From Phyllobates terribilis (lineage: Eukaryota), in NCBI RefSeq assembly GCF_046119375.1, contig NW_027362762.1, forward strand, positions 666,066,001 through 666,130,000: DNA of 64,000 bases, given 5' to 3'. Under the pieces are notes generated by a model that was given only the letters and a program-made list of their open reading frames with translations, had not been told where the DNA came from and made no database searches. Position 1 is the first letter of the stretch; the number at the start of each line of letters is the position of its first letter. The position numbers and the translations under genes were made by a program. Of the stretch, positions 35,860-48,514 are shown piece after piece.

Positions 35860-37345
35860 AACACCGCTCTGCTGATTGGTCGCGGCCGCTGCCCGCAACC
35901 AATCACCGATTTGGGCGCCACATTTAAATAGCGGCCACGACCAATCACCGATCTTGCCGCCACATTTAAACACTGCCGTGCTGATTGGACGCGGACGCAG
36001 GACGCGTCCAATCAGCGAGATTGGCGCCAAATTTAAACAACGCTCTGCTGATTGGTTGCGGACTCCAGCCGCGACCAATCAACGAGATTGGCGCCAAATT
36101 TAAGCAACGCTCTGCTGATTGATCGCGGTCCGCTGGCCGAGATCAATCAGCAGTATTGGCGCAAAATTTAAACACCGCTCTGCTGATTGGTCGCGGTTGT
36201 CGGCCGTGACCAGTCAGCAGTATTGGTGCCAAATTTAAACCTCACTCTGCTGATTGGTCACAACCACCGGCCGCGACCAATCTGCGTTTTTTGTGCCAAA
36301 ATTAAACAACGCTCTGCTGATTGGTCACGATCGCCGGCCGCGACCAATCAGCAGCATTGGGGCCAAATGTAAACCCCGCTCTGCTGATTGGTCGCGGTCG
36401 CCGGCCGCGACCCATCAGCATTATTGGTGCCAAATTTAAACCCTGCTCTGCTGATTGGTCGCGTCCGCCAGCCGCGAACAATCAGCGAGATTGGCGCCAA
36501 ATTTAAACACCTCTCTGCTGATTGGTAGCGGTTGTTGGTCGTGACCAATCAGCAGTATTGGCGCCAAATGTAAACCTCACTCTGCTGATTGGTCGCAACC
36601 ACCGGCCACGACCAATCTGCGCTTTTTGTGACAAATTTAAACACCGCTCTGCTGATTGGACGCGGCCGGTGACCATTCAGCAATTTTGGAGCCAAATTTA
36701 AACCCCACTCTGCATCGCTCTGCTGATTGGTCGCGGTCGCCGGCCGCGACCAATCAGCACTATTGTCGCCAAATTTAAACACCTCTTTGCTGATTGGTCG
36801 CGGTCGCGACTAATCAGCGATTTTGGTACCAAATTTAAACACCGCACTGCTGATTGGTCGCGGCCGCCATCCGCGACCAATCAGCGAGATTGGCGCCAAA
36901 TTTAAACAACGCTCTGCTGATTGGTCGCGGTCGCCGGCCTCGACCAATCAGCGATTTTGGCACCAAATTTAAACAACACTCTGCTGTTTGGGCGCGGCCG
37001 GCGACCAATCAGCGATTTTGGCGCCAAATTTAAACCCCGCTCTGCATCGCTCTGCTGATTGGTCGCGGTCGGCGGCCGCGACCAGTCAGCAGTATTGGCG
37101 CCAAATTTAAACACCGCTCTGCAGATTGGTCGTGACTAATCAGCGATTTTGGTGCCAAATTTAAACACGCTCTCCAGTCCTCACTAACATGGTTCGCTGA
37201 TTGGTCGCGGCCGCCGCCCGCGTCCAATCATCGATATTGCCGCCAAATTTAAACACCGCTTAGCTGATTGGTCGCGGTTGCCGAACGCGACCAATCAGCG
37301 ATTTTGGCCCCAAATTTAAACACAGCTCTGCTGATTGCGCCCGGT
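35860..37345 (+). repeat. 67-bp palindromic tandem repeat, ~20 units
   Basis: Consensus CTCTGCTGATTGGTCGCGGTCGCCGGCCGCGACCAATCAGCAGTATTGGCGCCAAATTTAAACACCG; the 67-bp period also shows in the ORF track (36187, 36254, 36321). Confidence 0.92.
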
Positions 37346-37420
37346 CGGCCGCATACCTATTCTAGAATACCCGATGCATTAGAATCGGGCCACCATCTAG
37401 TGCATATATATATATATATA

Positions 37421-37990
37421 TACTACTCAAAAAAATAAAGGGAACACTAAAATACCAAATCCTAGAGATGACAGAATGAAATAGTGGAATGCGTTGAGAA
37501 CAATAAAACATTAAAATGATCAATGTAAATAAAAATTAATATTCAATGGAGGTCTGGATTTGGAATGATACTCAAAATCAAAGTCGAAAATCTAATTACA
37601 GGCTGATCGAACTTCAGTGGAAATGCCTCAAGAAAAGGAAATGATGTTCAGTAGTGTGTATGGCCTCCACCTGCCTGTATGACCTCCCTACAACGTATGG
37701 GCATGCTCCTGATGAGGCAGCGGATGGTCTCCTGTGGGATCTCCTCCCAGACCTGGACTAAAGCATCCGCCAACTCCTGGACAGTGTGTGGTGCAAAGTG
37801 GCATTGGTGGATGGAACGAGACATGATGTCCCAGATGTTCTCGATTGAATTTAGGTCATTGATGATTTTTGTGTGATTTTGATGTCAGCACATTCAACTT
37901 TGTACAGAACAAAGTATTCAATGAGAATATTTCATTCATTCAGATCTAGGATGTGTTACTTGAGTGTTCCCTTTATTTTTTTGAGCAGTG
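37421..37990 (-). mobile_element. Internally deleted Tc1-like element (~570 bp)
   Basis: TIR (C/T)ACT(G/A)CTCAAAAAAATAAAGGGAACAC flanked by TA; the minus strand encodes DLNSIENIWDIM..QELADALVQVWEEIPQE. Confidence 0.85.
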
Positions 37991-38824
37991 TATATTTATG
38001 CTAACAGAAGCATAATTTAATAATTGATTAATTAAGCAAAGCAATATTGGAGACTTATAATACACTATTCAATATTATAATTGAAACACCAAGAAGGAAA
38101 AGTCGGGATATAATTGAAATCATAGGGTGAAAAGACATGTTAATGATAAGAAAAAAAATGAAAACAAAATTTTCAAAATATCTCGATTTATTTAGTATTA
38201 AGTCTGAGCACCATGAAGGGTTCATGAAACCGATTAACACTTTTCTGATTCTGGCGATCAGGAGGTATCATCATGGTATGCTTTCAGAACTTTTCATCTC
38301 CTCTACTGTGAGGCTACATCGATCTCCCCAGGGCAGTAGCTGCTCTCTTCATTTCCACTTTTTACACTGATACTACATGATTTGTATTGTTTGTTATTCA
38401 TCTGTTGATGCAAAGTACTCAGTATAAATAGATTTGATTTCTGATCCCCGAAAACACAGCAATGACCCAATACAAAGTGGTTAATGGAAAGCAATTGGTA
38501 AACCAAGCCACAACATTTACATCTTACTCATGCTTCGAAGCAAGTGATACAACTTATACATCTAAATAATTAATAAGGAATATGATCTGAAATAACCTAA
38601 TTAAACAAGTAACTCAGCCATTGCGGCAATGGACCACAAAGGAAATTATCCACAGTCAATAAGTAAAAACCTAAACCATGATGGATTCCTAGGATAGGAC
38701 TGTATTATAGACAATATATCAAACACACAAATATCACAATCTAAATGCTTAATAAACTGCCTAACGTCTTAGGTGAAGGTGCATTCTCACATACTGTATG
38801 AACAGCAAAAGTGCATGTACTTAA

Positions 38825-39279
38825 AGGGGTTATCCAGGGCTATTGTCTTTTTTTCTCACGGGGCTAACAACTTACAGGCAGGTAGTTACTTGTTAATGAC
38901 CACAGTGTGAATGTGCACCTACACATTTCACTTATAACAACATGTGCTCCAGCTCATTTCTTTGTCTTTCCTTTAATTTTTGTGCTTCATACAAACAGAG
39001 GCAGCTTCCATTTTTGGGCTGTGCTTTTAGTTTATACAGCTTTCAATGGGCAGGTATTTAAACAGTTCGGCCTGGGTCCTGCTCTGCCCCTTCTATTGAG
39101 GTCTGTTGGCACATAGAGAGGTTTGGGCACACCTTGTCGCAGTGGGATGGCTTTTATGCGCTTTTTCAATCAAAACAGTGTCAACTAAGTACCCTAAATT
39201 ATTTTCATGTAATATTACTATTTATTAGTTACTTCTTAGACCAATGAGAAAAAAACTACAAAAGTTCCAGATAACCCCT
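38825..39279. mobile_element. Kolobok/T2-type MITE
   Basis: TTAA|AGGGGTTATC...GATAACCCCT|TTAG. Confidence 0.65.
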
Positions 39280-39707
39280 TTAGATAAATTACTGTCATTT
39301 TATGATATGGTTTTTAGTTGCGTAGCTTCTATAGGAAAAACAGGCATGCACTATTTGGCTTAATGAAACACTATTGGTGCTATATGGCTCATGAGAATGC
39401 ATACTTAGACCTCATTCAGACATCAGTGTTTTTTAACGTTTGCAACAAATGTTCTAAGTGTCATCAGTGTTTCGTCTGTCAGTTTTTAACATCAATATTT
39501 CATCAGAGATTTTCATGTTTGGAAAAATAAATAAATACATTGCAAAGCTTATCCTATACATTGGCATGTTATTCACGAACAGCACATGGGTGACAATGTG
39601 TGCTGTCCGTGATTGATTTTCACAGATCCATAGACTTGTAAAGTTTATCCTTGACTTATGTCTAGGTGATTTTTTTTGCAGACACACAGTCATGTGAATA
39701 CCTAGAC

Positions 39708-39890
39708 CAGTGTTTCCCAAACTCCAGTCCTCACGGACCCCACAGGTCATGTCTTCAGGATTTCCTTAGTATTGCACAGGTGATGGAAGTATCATCAAGG
39801 CATCAGGAATTCTCTCACCTGTGCAATACTATGGAAATCCTGAAAACATGACCTGTGGGGTGCGTGAGGACTGGAGTTTGGGAAACACTG
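39708..39890. mobile_element. hAT (Buster/Charlie-type) MITE, 183 bp
   Basis: TIR CAGTGTTTCCCAAACTCCAGTCCTC; perfect 8-bp TSD ACCTAGAC with central TA. Confidence 0.93.
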
Positions 39891-39946
39891 ACCTAGACTA
39901 TAATGGATATGTGTTCTATCCATGAAAAAAATGGATAAAACATGTA

Positions 39947-41460
39947 CAGTACAGACCAAAAGTTTGGACACACCTTCTCATTTAAAGATTTTTCTGTATT
40001 TTCATGAGTATGAAAATTGTACATTCACACTGAAGGCATCAAAACTTTGAATTCACACATGTGGAATTATATACTTAACAAAAAAGGGTGAAAGAACTGA
40101 AAATATGTCTTATATTCTAGGTTCTTCAAAGTAGCCACCTTTTGCTTTGATGACTGCTTTGCACACTCTTGGCATTCTCTTGATGAGCTTCAAGAGGTTG
40201 TTACCGGAAATGTTTTTCACTTCACAGGTGTGCCCTGTCAGGTTTAATAAGTGGGATTTCTTGCCTTATAAATGGGGATGGGGCCATCAGTTGTGTTGTG
40301 CAGAAGTCTGGTGGATACACAGCTGATAGTCCTACTGAATTGACTGTTAGAATTTGTATTATGGCAAGAAAAAAGCAGCTACGTAAAGAAAAATGAGTGG
40401 CCATCATTACTTTAAGAAATGAAGGTCAGTCAGTCCGAAAAATTGGGAAAACTTTGAAAGTGTCCCCAAGTGCAGTTGCAAAAACCATCAAGCGCTACAA
40501 AGAAACTGGCTCACATGAGGACCGCCCCAGGAAAGGAAGACCAAGAGTCACCTCTGATTCTGAGGATAAGTTTATCCGAGTCACCAGCCTCAGAAATCGC
40601 AGGTTAACAGCAGCTCAGATTACAGACCAGGTCAATGCCACACAGAATTCTAGCAGCAAACACATCTCTACAACAACTGTTAAGAGGAGACTTTGTGCAG
40701 CAGGCCTTCATGGTAAAATAGCTGCTAGGAAACCACTGCTAAGGACAGGCAACAAGCAGAAGAGACTTGTTTGGGCTAAAGAACACAAGGAATGGACATT
40801 AGACCAGTGGAAATCTGTGCTTTGGTCTGATGAGTCCAAATTTGAGATCTTTGGTTCCAACCACTGTGTCTTTGTGCGACGCAGAAAAGGTGAACGGATG
40901 GACTCTACATGCCTGGTTCCCACCGTGAAGCACAGAGGAGGAGGTGTGATGGTGTGGGGGTGCTTTACTGGTGTCACTGTTGGGGATTTATTCAAAATTG
41001 AAGGCATACTGAACCAGCATGGCTACCACAGCATCTTGCAGCGGCATGCTATTCCATCCGGTTTGCGTTTAGCTGGACCATCATTTATTTTTCAACAGGA
41101 CAATGACCCCAAGCACACCTCCAGGCTGTGTAAGGGCTATTTGACCAAGAAGGAGAGTGATGGGGTGCTACGCCAGATGACCTGGCCTCCACAGTCACCA
41201 GACCTGAACCCAATCGAGATAGTTTGGGGTGAGCTGGACCGCAAGGTGAAGGCAAAAGGGCCAACAAGTGCTAAGCATCTCTGGGAACTCCTTCAAGATT
41301 GTTGGAAGACCATTTCCGGTGACTATCTCTTGAAGCTCATCAAGAGAATGCCAAGAGTGTGCATAGACATATTTTCAGTTGTTTCACACTTTTTTGTTAA
41401 CTATATAATTCCACATGTGTTAATTCATAGTTTTAATGCCTTCAGTGTGAATGTACAATT
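39947..41460 (+). mobile_element. Tc1-like transposon of DD38E (Intruder-type) family, 3' truncated
   Basis: TA|CAGTACAGACCAAAAGTTTGGACACACC left TIR; partial right TIR ends ~41460. Confidence 0.88.
40361..41363 (+). pseudogene. DD38E transposase with an early stop and a 3' deletion
   Basis: MARKKQLRKEK*VAII (TGA at 40394); WSDESKFE; QQD-38 aa-E counted in the ORF track; transposase-like sequence ends after MPRVC. Confidence 0.88.
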
Positions 41461-41499
41461 CACTTTTCCATCTAAACGGAGTTCAATGGATTCATTCAC

Positions 41500-41970
41500 A
41501 AGCTTAAAAATATGTATAGATTAATATCTGTTCAATGTCCTCCACACTACTGTCAGGTATGTGTAATAGCCTGACTAAATGCTAGCAATCTACACTAAAG
41601 AATTTATTTTCTTTATATCTCCAACACAGTATTACTTTGAATAGGTTCATACACAATGGTTTAATGAAGATTTTAAAGTGGATCCATTCCAAAAGTCCAT
41701 CGCAATCAATACAAATACACTTTGAATACTCTTTGTATTCAAAATAATGGCAAATCCAACTTGCCATTCACATGGCAAGTTTTTTGAGAGTTTTATTTCA
41801 GCAAAGTTGAAAACATATCGCGGTATCTCCTCCACTTCTGAAAATCTCAAGTGAAAAAGGCAGCAAAGTACCGTTAACGGAACAAAATGCTCCATAAACT
41901 GGTAAAAAAAGCACCTCCTAAAACCAAAAAAGTAGCATTTCCTGAAGTAGATTCCTGTTGAAACCTCCAT
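41500..41970 (-). pseudogene. Degenerate LINE-1-like ORF2 C-terminal remnant
   Basis: Weak similarity by eye to the L1 ORF2 tail (KNLPCEW..; downstream Cys-rich remnants); many stops. Confidence 0.35.
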
Positions 41971-42799
41971 GTGAGCCTAGCTTTATACTTATAGTAACAC
42001 TTGAATGTTATTTTTCTTGCTTTAGGACCTTCCCTCTCCATAATTTACACAGGGGTGAACTCAGATGTTCGTAAAGACAAAACTGTGATGCACGGACTGG
42101 CCGCAGGTCTATTGATGTGAATGCAACAGTTTCGTATATGCCCAAGAGGCTGTCAAGTTAGGAGACCCACGACCCCTCTGTGCATAATTGTTTTTATTTA
42201 GACTGTGCTTTACAGACGTCTGAATTCGCTCTCACACTGGGAAATATATAGTTTAAGGCAAGGATCTTGAACCCATTGTTCACTTGTCACATGGAGTCGC
42301 ATCAAGGTACCAAAAATGAACCAACCCTTCTCTTCCTGTAATAATGATAGGAAGAGGCAGAATGAAAATGTCAGCTGTTGATGCCAGTGATTTAATAAGG
42401 TGGCGATGCATCATACCATAATGGTATTGAAATAATCATATAATGAGACTACAGCTGTAATGTGACAGGCACGTCCAGCTCTATTCCTGTAAACAATATG
42501 GAAACCCGAACTATATGAAAAAAGTGACTAGCTAATAATATTTTTTTCCATGACTAGATTTAAGTGCAGCATAGTATAACATGTAGTCAAAATTGGCCAC
42601 AAGATAATCTCTTTAACCTCTTAAAGAAGATGTCCCATGATCCTTGGTAGGAGTGCACCGTTCCTGTTCCCTAGCCTCCCGACTTCCTGCTTTCTGGATG
42701 TGGGAACTCCTGCTTGAATGACATCCAGGACTGTGGGTATCATTACACTGATGCCCCAAAGTGTGTGCTCTTCAATGAAGCTGTATGAGTTAGCTTTAC

Positions 42800-43185
42800 C
42801 TCTGTGGGGCTCCATTCAGCATCCTTCCTCCCAGCAAGTGACACCACTGCAGGCCTCCGCGGAGTACTGGCAGAAGTAGACTATGGTATGTGCTCCTGGC
42901 CAGAGTGGCTCTACAGCTTCCATACGAAAAAAACTTTTGGCTAAATGAACTTAAGGGGATTTTTTCAAGATACAGCTTCAGGAGCTCATCGCTCCCAGTC
43001 TCTGAATTCCTTCTTTGCTGTGGGGCAGTGCACTCTTGGAGACTGTCAGTTCGGACTAGCTGCATGATTAAACCGCTGTTCTGAACTGTGCACTTTGCAG
43101 AGGTAACTTTGCCTGGGAAAAGCACTGGGACACTGAGGCTGGTTGGATCCAGTAATATGGCTAGCTTCTGAGGGGTGCAAGCAGG
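42800..43185 (-). CDS. Candidate internal exon of an unknown gene (386 bp)
   Basis: Minus strand TTTTATGTGTTACAG|CCTG acceptor and CAGAG|GTAAAG donor bracket a stop-free frame (PACTPQKLAILLDP..RMLNGAPQ). No TE motif and no protein recognised. Confidence 0.3.
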
Positions 43186-43515
43186 CTGTAACACATAAAA
43201 TCTGCTTACATTGCACACTCCTTACCTTGCTAACCGGTCACCATGCAGTCGCAAGACAATGAGCTGTACACTATATAATTGAAAATCTCTCCATTTTTTA
43301 GAACGGTGAGTATTTTTAATAAGAGGTGAATTTCAAAGTAGCTTTTTCTTTAAGCACTTTGCAATTTTTTCCCATTAATGAACTTGAGACAATCCCTTTA
43401 GCCCTCTCCTTCAACACATCTTTGGAAGCGGATTCCATTGCACAGAAACAATATAATACACAAGGAGAAGAGATCATATTTCCATTGGATTGACCCCACA
43501 CAATTGCTCACTTAA

Positions 43516-43919
43516 AGTGGTTGTCCCACAAACAAAGTTCATTTTAATCAGTAGATCTTGGAATAATAATAATTTTCACTATTGGATGTGTTTAGAAAAA
43601 TGTTCCTGTGGTGAGATAATCTTATAAATGTGCCCCTGCTGTGTACTGTGTAATGGCTGTGTCTCACCATGTCTGATCATACCACATCTCCTGCTTTACC
43701 TCACAAAAAGAATCAGCTGTGATCCCCTGCAGTAATGTCTGTATAGTCTTTTGCTTCCTCCCCTGCCCAGGAGATGTGGTATGATCAGACCATGTTCCTG
43801 CACGGTCAGACACAGCCATTACACAGTACACAGCAGGGGCACATTTATAAGATTATTTCAGCACAAGAACATTTTTTAAACACATCCAATTGTGTGACTT
43901 TGTTCATGGGAAAACCCCT
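43516..43919. mobile_element. Kolobok/T2-type fold-back MITE
   Basis: TTAA|AGTGGTTGTCCCA...TGGGAAAACCCCT|TCAA; long internal inverted arms 43570-43680 and 43780-43890. Confidence 0.7.
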
Positions 43920-46900
43920 TCAATGTAGAATGCTAAATGTGAGTTAAGATAATAATCCATGGTTAGATAGGTGATTCTTTACAGAGTGTTATTATGTACT
44001 TTTGTTTTTAAGTTAATACAATTTTGGTTTGTTTGTTTTTCTGCCATTTGTGGACCATTTCTAGGAATATTTTTTAAGACATATTGTATGTCATTGCTCA
44101 CAGTTCACACTGAAGTATCCCAGGAGTGGCTCTAGATGAGTTTTGTAAAACTTAAACATATTTGGTATTATCATGTCCATAAAAATTCTATAAAACACAT
44201 TAATCAATACACTAAATGGAAAAGCAAGAATAGCTTTTTTTGGTCACCTCAATTCCCCTCCTCATAAAATGCAATAAAAAGGAATCATACTTTGAAAATG
44301 CTATCAATAAAAGCAACATCTGGCTATGCAACAAACAAACCCTCACACAGGTGCATCAATGGAAAAAAAAAATATTCTAGTCACAGAAAATGGCAACACA
44401 AACCAAAAGTTTTTTTACAAAGTGTCATAGTAAATATTAAAATTTCTGAAGCCACATTAACCCCCTCTCTCCTCCTCTATCTGGTGCAGTAGCAAAAAGG
44501 GCTTGCAATCCACAAATCTCTTTTAGTAGTTGAATTACACAGTTTAACATATAGGAAATTAGTTAGAGTTGGAGAGTGAACATCTTAATTAACATGCAAG
44601 AGCTCCTTTTAGGACAAAATACCCCGGCAGTACTAATGAGGATGTCTATTGTGCATAGAAAAAGAGTTATAGATTGAACAGGTAATTGAAACAGGGGAAG
44701 TCTTTTCGAAGGGTTGGACAACAATGGGGTACAGATGTTTACACATAAACAGAGCAGTGGTAGCCCTTTTGTCCACAGGAAATGCATGTTGGATTCAGGT
44801 GACACTGTGGTTTCCTGCAGGGGTTATATTTACAACAGCCAGATTAGACTCCATGTCTCTGAAAGAAAATGTTGAATATCGATGCCTGTATAAATCCTAT
44901 AGTGATGGGACATACATTTTCAACATCAGGGCAAACCACGGAAGAAGATGCATATTTTCTCATAACTGTAACCCCTGCCTACAAGCCACAAATCAATAGA
45001 AAGCAGACCGCTGGCAACAGCCAGATCATATTTGGTCTCTGGGTAATAGTAAAATCCCAATAAAAAATATGGTGGCAATCTCGAACTTCTGCGATCATCC
45101 AGAGAGGAGTTATTGCATAAGTTGGGATTTTCATAAAATCCTAAGGGCTGAGGACAGCCCACAACCCAGCCCATATAGGTCATGACAGCATGACAGGGGT
45201 GTGTGTGGGTGTAACTCAGGTGCTTATCAAAGATCAAAGCAAATTATGATGTGTGTTCAATGCTGAGGAAGATGCACGTCAGTGTAGGCTTTATCCCGTT
45301 AACCAGATATTTTTATGCTGTATTGTTTTGTCTCCTTTGTAAAATCTTTTGTATATTTTTCATGAACATTGCCTCATTTTGGATTAAACATAAAATGTAA
45401 TAGTTCTGTTCCTTTTGTTCTGTAAACTGTGCTTTGAAGCCATACTCTACCTACCAGGCCTCTAGTCAGCCTGTCTAAAACCTGATTGGTGGTGGCAGCT
45501 AATAATCTTTCTTGGGTTATCATGGAATTCACAATGACCATTTTGGAGGTATACTCATATATTCCATGAGTTGGAATAGGAGGTGTATATATCATACGCT
45601 CACTGTTAGTTTCCCAATAACCAGATTAGTAGTGGTGACAGCCTGTGGCCTCCTCCACTAATCGTCGGCCAATTGTGTAATTGTCCGGACAATAGGGGGC
45701 AACAGAGAGCTGTTCATTCAAAAGATCACAGTGGGTGGATCTGTGTGACCTCCTAGGCTGATATCTTGACAGAAAGTTGGTCATTTTTTTAAATCACTAA
45801 AGTATAAAAAGAAAACCTTATCATTTAAATATCACACTAAATGTACTGACCTGAAGAATTATGTTGCCAGGTCACTTTTCTTACACAATGAACAGCGCAA
45901 AAACAAACCTAAAAGAACAATAGCTTTCACCATTTCACCCCATTTGTAATTTTTCCCATTTTTCAGTACACCATATGGTAAATCGAAAGGTGTGGTTCAA
46001 AACGACAACTTGTCAGGGAAAAAAAAATTACTCATACAGCGATGTTGACACAAAAATGAAACATTTATGGCTCTTGGAAGAAGGGGAGTGAAATAAAGCA
46101 AAACGCAAAATCAAAAATGTCTGTGGCAGGAATGGGCTAAGTAAACTCTGCTTTTACTGCTCATCTAACTGCATTTTAGAATCATGCATGCAGATAAAGA
46201 GAAGCAAATCCACTAGAAAATATTGGAAATTATCTCTGCCATTAAAGATGTGTAACTGTCTGGAAATATATACTCACTGATGTGACTGAAGCAGTGTCTC
46301 ATGATACCGCCACAGGCTTAAGAGAGATTTCTTCAGCTCGCAGTTCGATGAATCAATAGATGTGATAGACACTGTTCATCCTAACATCTATATAGTATGT
46401 TTGGGCTTAAAAGTTATAAGGTTGAAAAAATACTTCTGCAATAATATAATTTAAAACAAAAAAACAGAATATGTATAAATAAGGTGTGTATTCAGCACAG
46501 TATAAATTGTCTATATCCTATTGTGATTTACAATCATAAGTGCAATCGCAATGGCTGGTTGTAAAGTGTGCTTTAATTCATTGAGCAGAAAACCTTAAAG
46601 GAGCTTTCTGCTGCTTTTAATGTTATTGTTAATTGGCCTGTGGGGTGGAGGAGATGAAAAAATATCTTATGCACACGTCACATCACAAACTGTCACCACT
46701 CAACTAATTGGCTGCAGCGTGACACCCCTCTGGATGTTAATGAGACCAGTGGGGGACACAGTACCAAGTGCAGAGGAGTGACACCCATCCAGGAGGTGAA
46801 CCTGCCTGAGACCGTGTTAAAAAACATAAAAAAGAATGCACATGATGCATAGTGATGTCAGTGCGAGTTGCTGTGCATATTCACATTGGCGTCACTTTAA

Positions 46901-46934
46901 CACATGGTAAGGCTTTAATACTAGAGGTTAGGAC

Positions 46935-47232
46935 TAGTGATGAGCGAGCATGCTCATTACTCAAGATTTACGAGCATGCTCGGGTGTTTTCAGAGTATCT
47001 TCTGCGTGCTCGAATGTTATGTTTGAGTCACTCCGTGTGCATGATTTGCGACTGTTTGACAGCTTTAATACATGTGAGGAATGCCTGTTTGTTAGGCATT
47101 CCTCACATGTATTAAAGCTGTCAAACAGTCGCAATTCATGCACACACAGTGACTCAAACATAACATTCGAGCATGCCGCAAATACTAGGTGAGCACCCGA
47201 AAGGGTTAACAGAACACGCTCACTCATCACTA
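46935..47232. mobile_element. hAT MITE, fold-back, 298 bp
   Basis: TIR TAGTGATGAG; perfect 8-bp TSD GTTAGGAC; near-palindromic interior. Confidence 0.93.
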
Positions 47233-47872
47233 GTTAGGACCATCCCAATTTGGGTACACCTTGATGCAGATGGGGTGGCTTTTATGCTTTTCTTGATCAA
47301 AAACTGAGTTTACTAAATACCCAATGTTATTTATACAGTATATTGTGCTACTACACACTAAAAATGCTAATAAACTAACTTTTTAGCACTAAAGACTAAC
47401 TTTTTTCAGAATGAGTTGAATTATTTTCACACCATTTTGTGGTATATAACATTTTTTAACCGCTTTCTATTATGATGTTTGGAAGTCAGAATGAATACAA
47501 ATAGCAATTCACCAATTGCTTTTATTTTTTTACCTATCCACTGTGCAGTAAATTTATGACAACTTTATTTTTTGAGTCAGTTTGATTATAGCTATACAAA
47601 ATTTATATAGTTTTTTTTAATGTTTCTTTTGCACACTAAAAAGTTTTTTTACACAAAAAAAATCTTTTGTTTTTACGTCACCATATTTTTGAAAGCTGTA
47701 ACTTTTTTATTTTTCTGTTAACAGAGCGGTGGCTTGTTTTTTTGAGGGACAAGATGTTGTTTTCAGTGATAGCATTTTTCTTTACATGCAACTTTTTTAT
47801 TGTATTTTATTCCATTTGATGTGTAGCAGTATGATGAAAAAACTTTTTTTTGTAGTGTTCACAGCTTGGGTT

Positions 47873-48183
47873 TAGTGATGAGCGAGTATGTTTTGTTAAC
47901 CCTTTCGCCGAGTATACTCGGGCGAGCACCGAGTATTTACAGCGTGTTCGGGCTTTAAGTTTTCGTAGCTCCGTGAAAATGATTTGCAACTGTTCGACAG
48001 ATTTAATACATGTGAGGAATGCTGGAAAAACAGGCATTTCTCACATTTATAAAATCTGTTAAACAGTTGCAAATCATGTTCACGGAGCGACGAAAACTTA
48101 AAGCCCGAGCACGCTGTAAATACTCGGTGTTCGCCCGAGTATACTCGGGGAAAGGGTTAATAAAACATACTTGCTCATCACTA
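47873..48183. mobile_element. hAT MITE, fold-back, 311 bp
   Basis: TIR TAGTGATGAGC; perfect 8-bp TSD CTTGGGTT. Confidence 0.93.
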
Positions 48184-48269
48184 CTTGGGTTATATAATGT
48201 AACAGTTTTATAGTTCAGGTTGTTTTGGAACCAGTGATATCAAATATGTGTACTTTTTTATCTTTTTTA

Positions 48270-48514
48270 AAGTCATATGATAGCACATTTAATTGGTTGA
48301 AAGTAAGCTGTGTTAAAGACAAATTCAAGACATTGGTATGTTTATCTAATTTTAAACCAGTTTCCCGCAGTGAGTTGTCATTCCTAAAGATTTTATATTT
48401 TTGCGATTCAGCGTTTCTGGTGTTTTTTGTATGTCTGTGATTTTTATTTTTCCGAAAATATGATATATCATGCGGAGAATCATTAGAATCCAAGTTTTGG
48501 ATACTGTCGTCCAA
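48270..48514 (-). pseudogene. PLE N-terminal fragment
   Basis: NVLNLSLTQLTFNQLNVLSY resembles the PLE 'INLS..LT..E..VL.KG' block. Confidence 0.45.

Larger units (their letters stand above)
34474..37400 (+). mobile_element. Non-autonomous Helitron (2927 bp) composed of CCAAT/E2F-motif repeats
   Basis: A|TCTATATATATAA 5' end; (GTCT)n near the 5' end; 3' hairpin CCCGAT-N8-ATCGGG at 37370-37389, 11 nt before the CTAG|T end; AT target with no TSD. Confidence 0.85.

Noticed and set aside
34539-37227. Many 60-124 aa ORFs on both strands
   Set aside because: Artefacts of a GC-rich palindromic repeat; no Rep/helicase motifs, so the Helitron is non-autonomous.
44560-45600. Host coding exons
   Set aside because: Short ORFs with faint LINE-like remnants (e.g. 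IFDKHLS) and no consistent splice-bounded frame; too degenerate to call.
47240-47390. 5S rRNA- or tRNA-derived SINE (similar segment at 39110-39250)
   Set aside because: No convincing A/B or A/IE/C boxes; only an unclassified shared repeat.
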